A stretch of DNA of 64,000 bases from NCBI GenBank assembly GCA_035570235.1, contig DATMML010000001.1, forward strand, positions 799 through 64,798. Reading direction: 5' to 3'. The position numbers were made by a program, and so were the translations under genes. Positions 56,001 to 64,000 of the stretch are shown in pieces. This DNA comes from Vicinamibacteria bacterium. GTDB lineage: Bacteria > Acidobacteriota > Vicinamibacteria > Fen-336. The notes below the pieces were generated by a model that worked only from the letters and a program-made list of their open reading frames with translations, ran no database searches and had not been told where the DNA came from. The first letter of the stretch is position 1; every line of letters starts with the position of its first letter.

Positions 56001-57185
56001 ATGCCCACTCGCGCTGCTACAGGCGTCTCAACCCGCCCCGACACCGCCGGCGCCATCGCCGAGGCTCTCAAAATGGCCTCGACCGCACTCGGTGGCTCGT
56101 CACCGACCCTGGGTGTGATTTTTGCCTCGCCCCGCCATGATCTCGTAACCGCCCTTGCCTCCGCACGACGCGCCGCGCCTGACGCTGCCTTCGTGGGCTG
56201 TACCACGGCGGGAGAGATCACCGAGCGCGGCCTGACCCGCGGCGGGTTGGCGGTCTTGCTCCTGGTCTCCGATGAGATGCTCTTCGACCTGCGAACGGCC
56301 AAGAGTGTCAAGGCCGATCCATCGCGCGCCGCCGCCGAGTTGTGCCAGGGCTACGCGGAGACATCGCGCCAGGCGGCCGACCGCGGCTGGGCCTCTTCCA
56401 GCACCGTGCTTCTCGTCGACGGCCTGAACGGTGCGGGCGAGGGCCTGGTGGACGCGGTGCTCAGCGCGACCCGGCGCTTTCAACAAGTCGTTGGCGGTGC
56501 GGCCGGGGATGACGGGGCCTTCCGAGCCACACACGTGGGGGCCGGCCTCGAAGCGACCGCGGACGCCGCCGCCGCACTGCACGTCTTCTCACCGAAACCC
56601 TGGGGGGTCGGTGTGGACCACGGGCTGCGACCCACCACCGGCAAGATGGTGGTGACCAAAGCGGAAAAGAACGTCGTGCACCAGATCGATGGCCGGCCCG
56701 CATTCGAGATCTACCGCGAGTACGCGGCGAAGCGGGGGGTCACGCTCCTCCCGGAGTCGGCGGGGAGCTTCCTTATCGGCAATGAGCTGGGAATCTACTT
56801 CTTCGACCGCCTTCATCGGGCTCGGGCCCCCCTGGCGGTGGGCCCGGACGGCTCCCTCAGCTGCGCTGGCGAGATCCCGCAGGGGGCTTCTATCTGCATC
56901 CTGGACGGCGAGCCGGTCGCCATGCTGGCCGCCGCCAGCCGAGCCGCCGAGGAAGCGCGGAAACACCTCGCGGGTGGAGAGGCCGCGGCGGTGTTGCTCT
57001 TCGACTGCGTGTGCCGAGGCATGATCCTGGATGGGCAGTTTGGCCGCGAAATCGACGCCGTGCGGGCCGCCTTCCCCGGAGTGCCGGTGGCCGGCTTCCT
57101 GACCTATGGCGAGATTGCCCGCTTCAAGGGCCGCATGGATGGCTGGCACAACGCGACAGCGGTGGTGACGGCAATCCCTGCGTAG
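56001..57185 (+). CDS. FIST-domain (FIST_N + FIST_C) sensory protein, standalone
   Basis: The 394-aa ORF follows GGATAAGGAGAATTC. Its organisation (N-terminal GVIFASPRHD..., C-terminal LLFDCVCRGMILDGQFGREIDAV...GFLTYGEIA) is typical of FIST N and C domains. It has no fused output domain. Confidence 0.6.
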   Translation: MPTRAATGVSTRPDTAGAIAEALKMASTALGGSSPTLGVIFASPRHDLVTALASARRAAPDAAFVGCTTAGEITERGLTRGGLAVLLLVSDEMLFDLRTAKSVKADPSRAAAELCQGYAETSRQAADRGWASSSTVLLVDGLNGAGEGLVDAVLSATRRFQQVVGGAAGDDGAFRATHVGAGLEATADAAAALHVFSPKPWGVGVDHGLRPTTGKMVVTKAEKNVVHQIDGRPAFEIYREYAAKRGVTLLPESAGSFLIGNELGIYFFDRLHRARAPLAVGPDGSLSCAGEIPQGASICILDGEPVAMLAAASRAAEEARKHLAGGEAAAVLLFDCVCRGMILDGQFGREIDAVRAAFPGVPVAGFLTYGEIARFKGRMDGWHNATAVVTAIPA

Positions 57186-57397
57186 AGGCCTCGGCAGACC
57201 CGCCCTCACCCCTTAGCGCCCGGGGCACTCTCCGCCGGGGTGCCTCGGCCGTCCCGGGCTAGCGGACCGAGGTCGGTGATCCTTGCCCCAGGGGCTCGGG
57301 CCTCCCGCCTCACGCTGAACCCGCCTAGCCGCGCCCGGCTTCCCGGGGCGGGGATTCGAGCGTATTCTTCACAGGCATTCGACCGTCAGCTTTGCCT

Positions 57398-59047
57398 ATG
57401 CTCCATCCTGGACGGCGCGAGTTCCTCTCGCGGGCGGCGCTGGCCGCCGCGGGCGCCCTCTTCGCGCGCCCCGCGAGGGCCGCCGACTCGCGGATCGAGG
57501 TGCTCCTCGGCGAGCCCATCGGAGCGGTCGCGACCGAGGTCTACGGCCACTTCGCAGAACATCTCGGGGGTGTCGTCTACGACGGCATCTGGGTCGGCGA
57601 GGGATCGAGGGTGCCGAACGTCGGCGGGATTCGCCAGGTTCTCGTCGATCACATGCGGCGCCTTCCCGCGGCGGTCATTCGTTGGCCGGGTGGCTGCTTC
57701 GCCGACAGCTACGACTGGCGCGACGGCGTCGGGCCCCGGGAGAGCCGGCCCCGCCGCACGAACTTCTGGGCAAACGGCATGAAGGCCGGGCCCGAAGGGC
57801 CCGAGAAGTACGATCCAAACGCGTTCGGGACGAATGAGTTCGCGCGGTTCTGTCGGCTGTCCGGCATGCAGCCGTATCTCGCGGCCAACCTGCGCAGCCT
57901 GCCCGCCCGCGACTTCTACCAATGGGTCGAGTATTGCAACTCTCCGGCCGGGAGCACGACCCTGGCCGAGCTGCGGGCGGCGGGGGGGGAGAAGGAGCCC
58001 TTCGGGGTGCGTTTCTGGGGCGTGGGCAACGAATCCTGGGGCTGCGGCGGGAACTTTACGCCCGAGGAGTACGCGACCGAGTTCCGGCGCTTCACGTCCT
58101 GGCTCCCCCGCTACGGGATCGACTTGGCCCTCATCGGCTCGGGGCCGAACGGCGGGGACGTCTCCTGGACGAGGAGGTTCCTGGGCGCGCTTGTAGAGAA
58201 GGGCGAGGGCCAGCTCGGCGCCCTCTGGGGCTGGGCGCTCCACCACTACTCGTGGAACGTCAGCGGGGGGCGGACGAGCGACTGGAACGAGGGCAAGGGC
58301 GACGCGCTCCGCTTCGGAGTGGACGAGTGGTACGAGTTGCTCAAGGAAGCTGACAAGATGGACGGCCTCATCTCGGAGCACTGGGCGGCGATGGGGGAAA
58401 CCGACCGCCGCCGCCGCGTCAAGCTCGTGGTTGACGAGTGGGGGGCATGGCACCGGCCGGGGACGGAGGCCTATCCAACCCATCTGCTCGGCCAGATGTC
58501 GACCCTGCGTGACGCCCTCCTGGCCGCGCTCACCCTCGACACGTTCCATCGGCACGCGGACAAGGTCGCCATGGCGAATGTGGCCCAGCTCGTGAATTGC
58601 TTGCACTCGCTGTTCCTGGCCCACGAGGATCGCTTCGTAGCCACGCCGAACTTCCACGTGTTCGAGATGTACGCGCCCCACGCCGGCGGCACCTCCCTCC
58701 GCGCCCTGTTCTCCGCCCCCTCGGTGACCTACGAGCGCGTGGGGGCGAAGGGCAGCCTCTGGGGACTGGCGGGATCGGCGACGGTCAAGGGCCAGACGCT
58801 CACGCTCACCGTCGTCAATCCCCACGTGAGCGAGGCCCGCGAGGCCGAGATCACGGTGCGAGGAGGCTCGGTAGCGTCGGTACGGGCCACCACCCTCGCC
58901 GCCGACGACATCCACGCCCACAACAGTTTCGATCGACCCCGGGCCGTGGAGCCGAAGGAGAGCCCGGCCGCGCGCCCCCGCGAGGGGGTCGTCGTGCACC
59001 GCTTTGCCCCGGCCTCGGTCACCCGCCTGACCATGGATCTCCGGTAG
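57398..59047 (+). CDS. alpha-L-arabinofuranosidase, GH51, with a Tat signal
   Basis: The Tat signal is GRREFLSRAALAAAGALFARPARA. The GH51 acid/base region is FWGVGNESWGCGG. The C-terminal beta-sandwich domain is present. The ATG lies at 57398. Confidence 0.8.
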   Translation: MLHPGRREFLSRAALAAAGALFARPARAADSRIEVLLGEPIGAVATEVYGHFAEHLGGVVYDGIWVGEGSRVPNVGGIRQVLVDHMRRLPAAVIRWPGGCFADSYDWRDGVGPRESRPRRTNFWANGMKAGPEGPEKYDPNAFGTNEFARFCRLSGMQPYLAANLRSLPARDFYQWVEYCNSPAGSTTLAELRAAGGEKEPFGVRFWGVGNESWGCGGNFTPEEYATEFRRFTSWLPRYGIDLALIGSGPNGGDVSWTRRFLGALVEKGEGQLGALWGWALHHYSWNVSGGRTSDWNEGKGDALRFGVDEWYELLKEADKMDGLISEHWAAMGETDRRRRVKLVVDEWGAWHRPGTEAYPTHLLGQMSTLRDALLAALTLDTFHRHADKVAMANVAQLVNCLHSLFLAHEDRFVATPNFHVFEMYAPHAGGTSLRALFSAPSVTYERVGAKGSLWGLAGSATVKGQTLTLTVVNPHVSEAREAEITVRGGSVASVRATTLAADDIHAHNSFDRPRAVEPKESPAARPREGVVVHRFAPASVTRLTMDLR

Positions 59048-59054
59048 GGGATGC

Positions 59055-61727
59055 TCACCTCTCCGCCACCACGCGGGGCGGAGACAGGAGCCCGGAGGGC
59101 AGTGGCTGCAGCCCCTCCAGGTCCTGCAGCCGCGCGCGCAGCCCGTAGCGCTCAGCGAGGGCTTTCATGTCCGGCAGCCGGCCGCCTTCGGCCAGCCGAT
59201 TTATGGCGGTGTTGTAGACGTCGATCCTGATCTCGTTCGCCCCGCTCTGCAGGAGGTCCGTGATATCGATCCGGTAGGGCGGGGCCCAGACCGAGCCTGC
59301 GCGGCGGCCGTTGACGAAGACCGCTGCCGCCTCGCGTATCGGCGGCTCGAGGAGCGCGGCGAGGGAGTTCCCGCGCAGCGTGCCACCGGGAGCCGCCTCC
59401 CGCTCGACGGGCTTGGCAGCGCCGAAATCCAGCGACACCCGCGTTCCCGGGGTTCGAAAGGGGGCCGGAAGCGAGACCATGCGCCGGTACGTCGCCGTGC
59501 CCGAGAAATAGCGGGTGGCCGTGTCCTCGGCCCACGAGTGGGGCAGATCCACTCCGATGGCGTCGTTCTTCCCGCCGAAGCTCACGGTCCATCCCAAGTG
59601 CAGCTCAAGGGACGCAATGACGGAGCGCGCCGCGGCAAAGGAAAAGGAAGAGGAGCCGGCCTCCGTTCGGAACACGACCACGCGCGAGCCGTAGGGCTCG
59701 AAGCGAAGCGCGATCTCGCCCTCCTGGGAGGCCAGACGTTCGCTCGCGCCCGTCATGGGGTCCCACGACTCCGCGTTCGGCGTCTGGGCGCGAAAGCGGG
59801 CGGTGAGGGCGCGGGGCTCCCGGCCGGTGTTGGCCAGGAAGTAGACGTCGGCGTCCGTGAGCCGGCGGTGTACGAATCCGATCTCCGGCACGACCGGGTT
59901 CAGGGTGACGTCCGGAGAAACGGCGGTGAGGCGGCGCGCGAGATCGTCCTCTCCCACAAGCTCGAAGGAGGACTCCACCCCCTCTGGCCGCCGCCGCACC
60001 GCCAGCACGGTCCCGCCCTCGTGGGCGTACGCGGCGAGCCAGCGCCGCGTTGCCTCCGGGACAGAGCGCACACCGGGCAGGACGACGACCGCGTACCCTC
60101 GGTGCCGCGCCTCCTCCAGGGTCCCGTCATCGATGAGGTCGAAGCTGTGGCCGGCCTCGAGGATGGCGGGGATGGCGTGGGGGCCGATGCATTCTGCGAT
60201 CTTCGCAAGGAGGTTCAGGTAGCCCGGCGTGCCCGGCTTGAAGGTGGACCAGGCATCCTCGGTGGGCGCATACAGGGCGACGTCCGCTACCGGATCGCCC
60301 TGCCGCAGGAGGAAGCTGAGGCGCTGGAGATACACGGCCAGCTCGGGCATGACCGGCCACCACGGGTTCTTGTCGCTCAGCACGGCGGCGGCGTAGAAGG
60401 GCCAGCCCGGCGTCCCCGCGGCCGGCGGCGAGTAGGGCCAGCCATGGCCGATGAGCTGGTTGATGCCGGCGAGGAAATGCTGGTCCGCCTCGGCCTTGAT
60501 GTCGAGCGGAGTGGCGCGGAAAGCCGGCGAATGAAGCCATGTCCAGGTCTCGGACGCCGTGACCGGCTTGCCCAGGAGGTGCGCGGCCGAGGAGGCCCAC
60601 CGCGTCGCGGTCAATGTCCGAAAGCCCCAGCCTTCGCCGTCGACGAGGTCGGCGTAACGGGAACTGGCCAGCGATGCCGGCGGCGTTCCGTAGTTCTGGA
60701 TCCGGAGGAGGACCTTGTTGCGGGATGCCCACTCGTGCATGGGAGCCAGGAAGCGCTCCTGGTACAGCTCCGTCAGGGTGCGCCCGAAATCCCGTCGCAG
60801 GGCAGCGGTGGGTTCCCCGACGTCGTAGTCGAGCAACGGCAGCCGTGGGCGCAGGTCGTAGCCGCGGCGCCGACGAAACTGGTCGAGCATGTCCGTCGTC
60901 CAGTCCGCGTCGTAGACCTCCAGGCTGTCGCAGAAGACCGCGTGCACGCCGCCCGGTCCGGCCGCGGCCAGCAGTTTGTCGCCCGCCTCGCGCAGGTGCG
61001 TTTCGACGGCCGCCCGCGAGTAGTGGTCGAGCACGTATCCCTCGGCGCCGAGGGCCGCCCGCTTCACGACCTGTCCGGTCTGGCCGACGAAGTACAGGAG
61101 GACGGAGCGCGGCCCCTCGCCCCGCGGAAGCGGGATCGGCCCCTCGCCCGAGATGTCCAGCTCGCGGAAGCTTGCGGGATCGACTTCGCGTAGCGCGCCT
61201 TGCCCGATGAACGCGGCGAGAAGACGGTCGCCGGCGAAGGGCGCGGGCCGGGAGAGGCTCGTCGTCGCCGGTGGGATCTCGCGGCGGTCGGAGCGCAGGC
61301 GGGTCGCGGCGAGCTCGGGCGTGATGTGAGGGCCGCCATAGGGCCACCCGCTTCCAACCGTGACGTCCATCCGCAGCCCCAGCTCGCGCGCCTTCTGTGC
61401 GGCGAAGCGGACCTTGTCGAGGAAGGGGGCCGAGAGGTAGGGCTCGTTGAGAACCCCCCGGGCCGGGTCGTCCAGGGCCAGGGGATAGACGACGGCCAGC
61501 TCGAATCCTCCGATGCCGCCCGCCTTCATTCTGCGCATCTCGCCTTCGATCTCCTCCCGCGTCACCGACGGGCCGAACCACCACCAGCGCATCATGATGC
61601 GGCTGTCCTCCGGAGGCCGCCGAAACCGTCCCTGCAGGTCGACCGCGGTCGCGGAGGCGGTCCCTTGCGGAAAGCCGAAGGACGGGAGCAGGCACAGCAG
61701 AAGGGCTATTTCGGTCGCGAACCTCAT
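59055..61727 (-). CDS. large secreted glycoside hydrolase (GH106/alpha-L-rhamnosidase-like N-terminal region; C-terminal GH2_N-type galactose-binding-like beta-sandwich)
   Basis: I trimmed to the ATG at 61727 (signal MRFATEIALLLCLLPSFGFPQGTASA). The N-terminal MMRWWWFGP motif is a family hallmark. The C-terminus AAVFVNGRRAGSVWAPPYRIDITDLLQSGANEIRIDVYN matches the sugar-binding domain pattern of GH2_N. It converges on the GH51 gene with a 7-nt gap. Confidence 0.65.
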   Translation of the reverse strand: MRFATEIALLLCLLPSFGFPQGTASATAVDLQGRFRRPPEDSRIMMRWWWFGPSVTREEIEGEMRRMKAGGIGGFELAVVYPLALDDPARGVLNEPYLSAPFLDKVRFAAQKARELGLRMDVTVGSGWPYGGPHITPELAATRLRSDRREIPPATTSLSRPAPFAGDRLLAAFIGQGALREVDPASFRELDISGEGPIPLPRGEGPRSVLLYFVGQTGQVVKRAALGAEGYVLDHYSRAAVETHLREAGDKLLAAAGPGGVHAVFCDSLEVYDADWTTDMLDQFRRRRGYDLRPRLPLLDYDVGEPTAALRRDFGRTLTELYQERFLAPMHEWASRNKVLLRIQNYGTPPASLASSRYADLVDGEGWGFRTLTATRWASSAAHLLGKPVTASETWTWLHSPAFRATPLDIKAEADQHFLAGINQLIGHGWPYSPPAAGTPGWPFYAAAVLSDKNPWWPVMPELAVYLQRLSFLLRQGDPVADVALYAPTEDAWSTFKPGTPGYLNLLAKIAECIGPHAIPAILEAGHSFDLIDDGTLEEARHRGYAVVVLPGVRSVPEATRRWLAAYAHEGGTVLAVRRRPEGVESSFELVGEDDLARRLTAVSPDVTLNPVVPEIGFVHRRLTDADVYFLANTGREPRALTARFRAQTPNAESWDPMTGASERLASQEGEIALRFEPYGSRVVVFRTEAGSSSFSFAAARSVIASLELHLGWTVSFGGKNDAIGVDLPHSWAEDTATRYFSGTATYRRMVSLPAPFRTPGTRVSLDFGAAKPVEREAAPGGTLRGNSLAALLEPPIREAAAVFVNGRRAGSVWAPPYRIDITDLLQSGANEIRIDVYNTAINRLAEGGRLPDMKALAERYGLRARLQDLEGLQPLPSGLLSPPRVVAER

Positions 61728-61916
61728 CCGTTCCCCGTAACCCCAATTGAGACCGGGGCGGAAGCTGCCCGCACCCGCCACAAGCCACCTAGGTTCCGAG
61801 GGCTAGCAGCCTGCGAGCCGGCCTCCGTGGGAGGCCAAAGCCCGGTCAGGAGGGCGTCTGCCGACATCTAAACCGCGTGGGCACCGCGTCGGCGGCGCGG
61901 TTGCGCGCTCATCCCC

Positions 61917-62738
61917 TTATTGGGCCGGGCCCTGTTTCGAGACGCTAGTCGATTCATCCGGACCAGGTCCTACCGCAGCCAGAACGCGCCGGCGTCTCCT
62001 CCGGATCAGAAGCACCAATCCTCCTCCCAGTAGCACCGCAGCGACAGCGGCGACTGGCACTACCAACCGAGCGCCGCCTCGATATGGCGGATCGAAAGGC
62101 GGAACAGCAAAGTCTTCGCCGATGGCAGGCTCGTAACTCGTACATTGAACAGCGCCGAAACGTGCCGGTAGTTCCTCCTCGATACGCAGTATTAGGTAGG
62201 TCGTCTGATCCAGAGAAATGGTGACCGCATAGCCGTCGTGGTCGCCCTGCACTCGAAAACACGCGTGGCCCGCCAGCTGAGCATCTGGCAGCAGAGACAC
62301 CCGCGTCAGTTCGGTCAGCTTCCACCCGCTCACCTCATCGGGCATCAGGAGCTGTGGAACGGTATGGGCTGCGCCTGACGATATCCCAGTAGCGCCCGCA
62401 ATGGCGTCGCCGATAGACTCAGGGCTCTCTGGGTACCAGCTGAACGCCCACCAGGCGCGGACTTCCGAGCCATTCCTCCAAACGATATTTCGCGCGCGAT
62501 GAACCGCGTTCTCGAATTCAAACCGAAAGCGGTCAGGTCTGACGAATGCCGTCCGGAAAATCTGCTCTTCGATCGGCACGGGCATGTTCATGCCGGGCAC
62601 CATCTTGACGGTGCCCGCATCCCGATACGACCGACAGCCCGCATACACCTCCGCCATGTGCGCCAGGAGCTCTTGCGGTCTAGGATTCTCGGCAGACGCC
62701 AGCAGCGTCGTTGAAAGGCAACAGCCAAGAGACGCCAT
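61917..62738 (-). CDS. hypothetical lipoprotein-like protein with a C-terminal TM anchor and poly-Arg stop-transfer
   Basis: I trimmed to the ATG at 62738 (MASLGCCLSTTLLASA, lipobox-like LGCC). The C-terminus is LVVPVAAVAAVLLGGGLVLLIRRRRRRV. The 54 codons upstream in the track ORF are Arg/Gly-rich. Confidence 0.45.
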   Translation of the reverse strand: MASLGCCLSTTLLASAENPRPQELLAHMAEVYAGCRSYRDAGTVKMVPGMNMPVPIEEQIFRTAFVRPDRFRFEFENAVHRARNIVWRNGSEVRAWWAFSWYPESPESIGDAIAGATGISSGAAHTVPQLLMPDEVSGWKLTELTRVSLLPDAQLAGHACFRVQGDHDGYAVTISLDQTTYLILRIEEELPARFGAVQCTSYEPAIGEDFAVPPFDPPYRGGARLVVPVAAVAAVLLGGGLVLLIRRRRRRVLAAVGPGPDESTSVSKQGPAQ

Positions 62739-62960
62739 CACGAGGCTCTTGGCCACTCGGTTCAACAAACCCGCCAAACGACGCCCGACAAGTCCGCCCA
62801 CCACCGGAGTTCCGCTGCGAAGACCGAGGTGAAGGCGGGCGTCTTCAGCTGCAACTCCTCGTAGGGGGGCTCTCCGGGACCCGCGGCTGCGTGGCCTCAT
62901 GCCCGGTCCAAGGGCAGCCTGTCCTCTCGTGGCCTGCTTGACACGTTGCTGAGGGACAAC

Positions 62961-63470
62961 TCACTTTCGCCTGAGCGTCACTCGTGCGAAGGGCTGACGT
63001 CGGCCCTCGCGCTCGTTGTCAATTCGCCACTGCCAAGAGTCGTGCGCACGGTCGTACGCGAAGGTGTTGTGGATGCGACTCCCGTCCTTGTCCTCGAACA
63101 CCAGGGGTATGTCGTCGCCGTCGGGCTTAGCATGGCCGATGGGCCCTGCGGAGAGACCACCCCCCCCGGTCGAGTCGAGCCACAGGCACGCATACTGCCC
63201 CGTATCCGCTTGCCACTCCAGGAACACGATCGCCTCGTACGCGGGCCTCCCCGCGGAGTCCTTCTCGCGCGACAGTTCCCTGAGCTGGACATACTGCCGG
63301 TTGAGCACCCATTCAGCGAATACGTCATGCGTCGTCTGCTTACCAGCGATCGTGCCCTCAAGTACCCAGGACCCAGTAATGCTATCGAGCAGATTCGCAG
63401 GAGACTGCGACCGTGCAAGTACTGCCGGGGTCATGAACACCGTGATGGCGGTTGCAACCAACAGCTGCAC
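62961..63470 (-). CDS. DUF1579-like secreted hypothetical protein
   Basis: The 169-aa ORF has the signal MQLLVATAITVFMTPAVLA. Its local GC is lower than the window average. The family call comes from overall pattern and is tentative. Confidence 0.45.
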   Translation of the reverse strand: MQLLVATAITVFMTPAVLARSQSPANLLDSITGSWVLEGTIAGKQTTHDVFAEWVLNRQYVQLRELSREKDSAGRPAYEAIVFLEWQADTGQYACLWLDSTGGGGLSAGPIGHAKPDGDDIPLVFEDKDGSRIHNTFAYDRAHDSWQWRIDNEREGRRQPFARVTLRRK

Positions 63471-63516
63471 TTGTGCGCCTCCCCTAGCACTTTAGGCCGC
63501 CCAACGAGTTAGGTGT

Positions 63517-63550
63517 AAAGCCCGCGTCAATTCTAGCGCGCGCGGGCTTT
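63517..63550. other. perfect 10-bp inverted repeat AAAGCCCGCG-(14 nt)-CGCGGGCTTT (stem-loop; possible terminator or regulatory hairpin)
   Basis: The repeat is seen directly in the sequence. It lies upstream of the DUF1579-like gene's start and about 250 nt downstream of a minus-strand frame that terminates at 63806. Confidence 0.4.
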
Positions 63551-63615
63551 GTCAACTCGCTGGGTGGACAGCGCCTACTTAAGTGACGATGCTATGCTAC
63601 CCCCGTGCGGTACGT

Positions 63616-64000
63616 AGTGCTGCTTCGCTACGGCCTTCGTGACCTGCGATCCGCCCTGACCGTGGAACGCCTCGCGGACGGCGGCATTTCGTGCTGGGAA
63701 CCGTGGCCACCGCATGCAGGAGTGACGTGGCGGTTCGATGGCCGCGCTGAGTCCACGAACGAGGTGGCTAAGTGCTGGAGGAGTTACCGCTTGCCTCTTG
63801 CAGACCTAGGCGGCCCTCTGGTGGCGTACTCCGTACCGGGCCCACGCCTGCTTGACCCGGGCGTGCCCGCTTACGACTGGGCCCTGCATCGGGGTGCAAC
63901 TGTCCAGCTCGACGGCCACGAGGTCCTGGACCGCCCACACTTGGTGGCGCTGCAGATCGTCGCTGTGCCGCACACCCAGCAGCCACGTCACCGCGAGACC
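63616..64000 (+). CDS. possible partial CDS running off the window (unknown function)
   Basis: A frame is open from a GTG immediately after a TAG to the window end. It has strongly G/C-biased third positions. There is no RBS and no family resemblance. A minus-strand frame (..63806) is also open over the same DNA, so the strand is unresolved. Confidence 0.2.

Noticed and set aside
63745-63785. A tRNA-like T-arm (GGCGGTTCGATGGCCGC) near the window end.
   Set aside because: No complementary 5' acceptor strand, D-arm or anticodon arm can be built from the upstream 70 nt.
1-64000. CRISPR arrays, IS elements, transposases, integrases and large direct repeats.
   Set aside because: I saw no spacer-repeat periodicity, no transposase or integrase-like ORFs and no duplicated segments when reading both strands.

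Overview
The window is a high-GC (about 70%) bacterial chromosomal segment that reads as about 50 protein-coding genes. I found no rRNA or tRNA genes, no CRISPR array and no IS element or transposase. The most likely source is Acidobacteriota. That is an inference from a giant TonB-dependent outer-membrane protein with an N-terminal carboxypeptidase-regulatory-like domain and from the many Tat-signal Gfo/Idh/MocA oxidoreductases. Several long antisense Arg/Pro/Gly-rich ORFs in the supplied track are high-GC artefacts. Several real genes start at internal GTG/ATG codons of the track ORFs, and I placed those starts by frame arithmetic, RBS context and where the conserved N-termini begin.

Content from left to right:
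- 1..7896: a glycan-assembly and methylation cluster. It holds a partial Gfo/Idh/MocA gene, a class I methyltransferase, an 820-aa protein with two fused GT4 glycosyltransferase domains, a 777-aa tri-domain methyltransferase (class I MT, FkbM MT, HEAT) and a second FkbM methyltransferase with a coiled-coil tail.
- 8110..17691: a uronate and sugar-acid oxidation block. It holds a ManD-type mannonate dehydratase, a Tat-exported SMP-30 gluconolactonase, a Zn-alcohol dehydrogenase, two SDRs, an MFS transporter, a 2,5-dioxovalerate-type aldehyde dehydrogenase and an (alpha/alpha)6 unsaturated-uronyl-hydrolase-like protein.
- 17803..21996: an unusual Hsp70-like ATPase plus HEAT-repeat two-gene module, bracketed by small membrane proteins.
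- 22073..23818: a small-gene cluster with a DinB-family protein, a TfoX-N-like protein and a minimal HhH-GPD-like protein.
- 23853..28542: a minus-strand operon that reads, 5' to 3', Tat-Gfo/Idh/MocA, PmoA/DUF6807-like, Ldh_2 dehydrogenase and an ApbE flavin transferase.
- 28699..53071: a polysaccharide and sugar-acid utilisation supercluster. It holds DUF2264, an aldo-keto reductase, a secreted oxidoreductase, the TonB-dependent giant, DoxX, Gfo, a GntR regulator, an OYE flavin reductase, MFS transporters, an IlvD/EDD pentonate/hexonate dehydratase, two DHDPS-family genes in tandem (one KdgD-like), Gfo, SDR, L-fuconate dehydratase, UxaC, Eda and KdgK. Many junctions are translationally coupled with 4-nt overlaps.
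- 53121..55258: a BNR/Asp-box propeller gene followed by a MoaD/ThiS-like gene with a C-terminal extension after the Gly-Gly.
- 55259..56000: a 740-nt lower-GC intergenic region with no convincing CDS.
- 56001..57185: a standalone FIST sensor protein.
- 57398..61727: a GH51 arabinofuranosidase converging on a large secreted glycoside hydrolase.
- 61917..64000: lower-GC edge genes and an open frame that runs off the window.

The candidates most likely to be genuinely undescribed are the Hsp70-HEAT module, the MoaD-extension plus BNR pair, the ApbE-linked Tat-oxidoreductase/PmoA-like operon, the tri-domain methyltransferase cluster and the long low-GC intergenic region.
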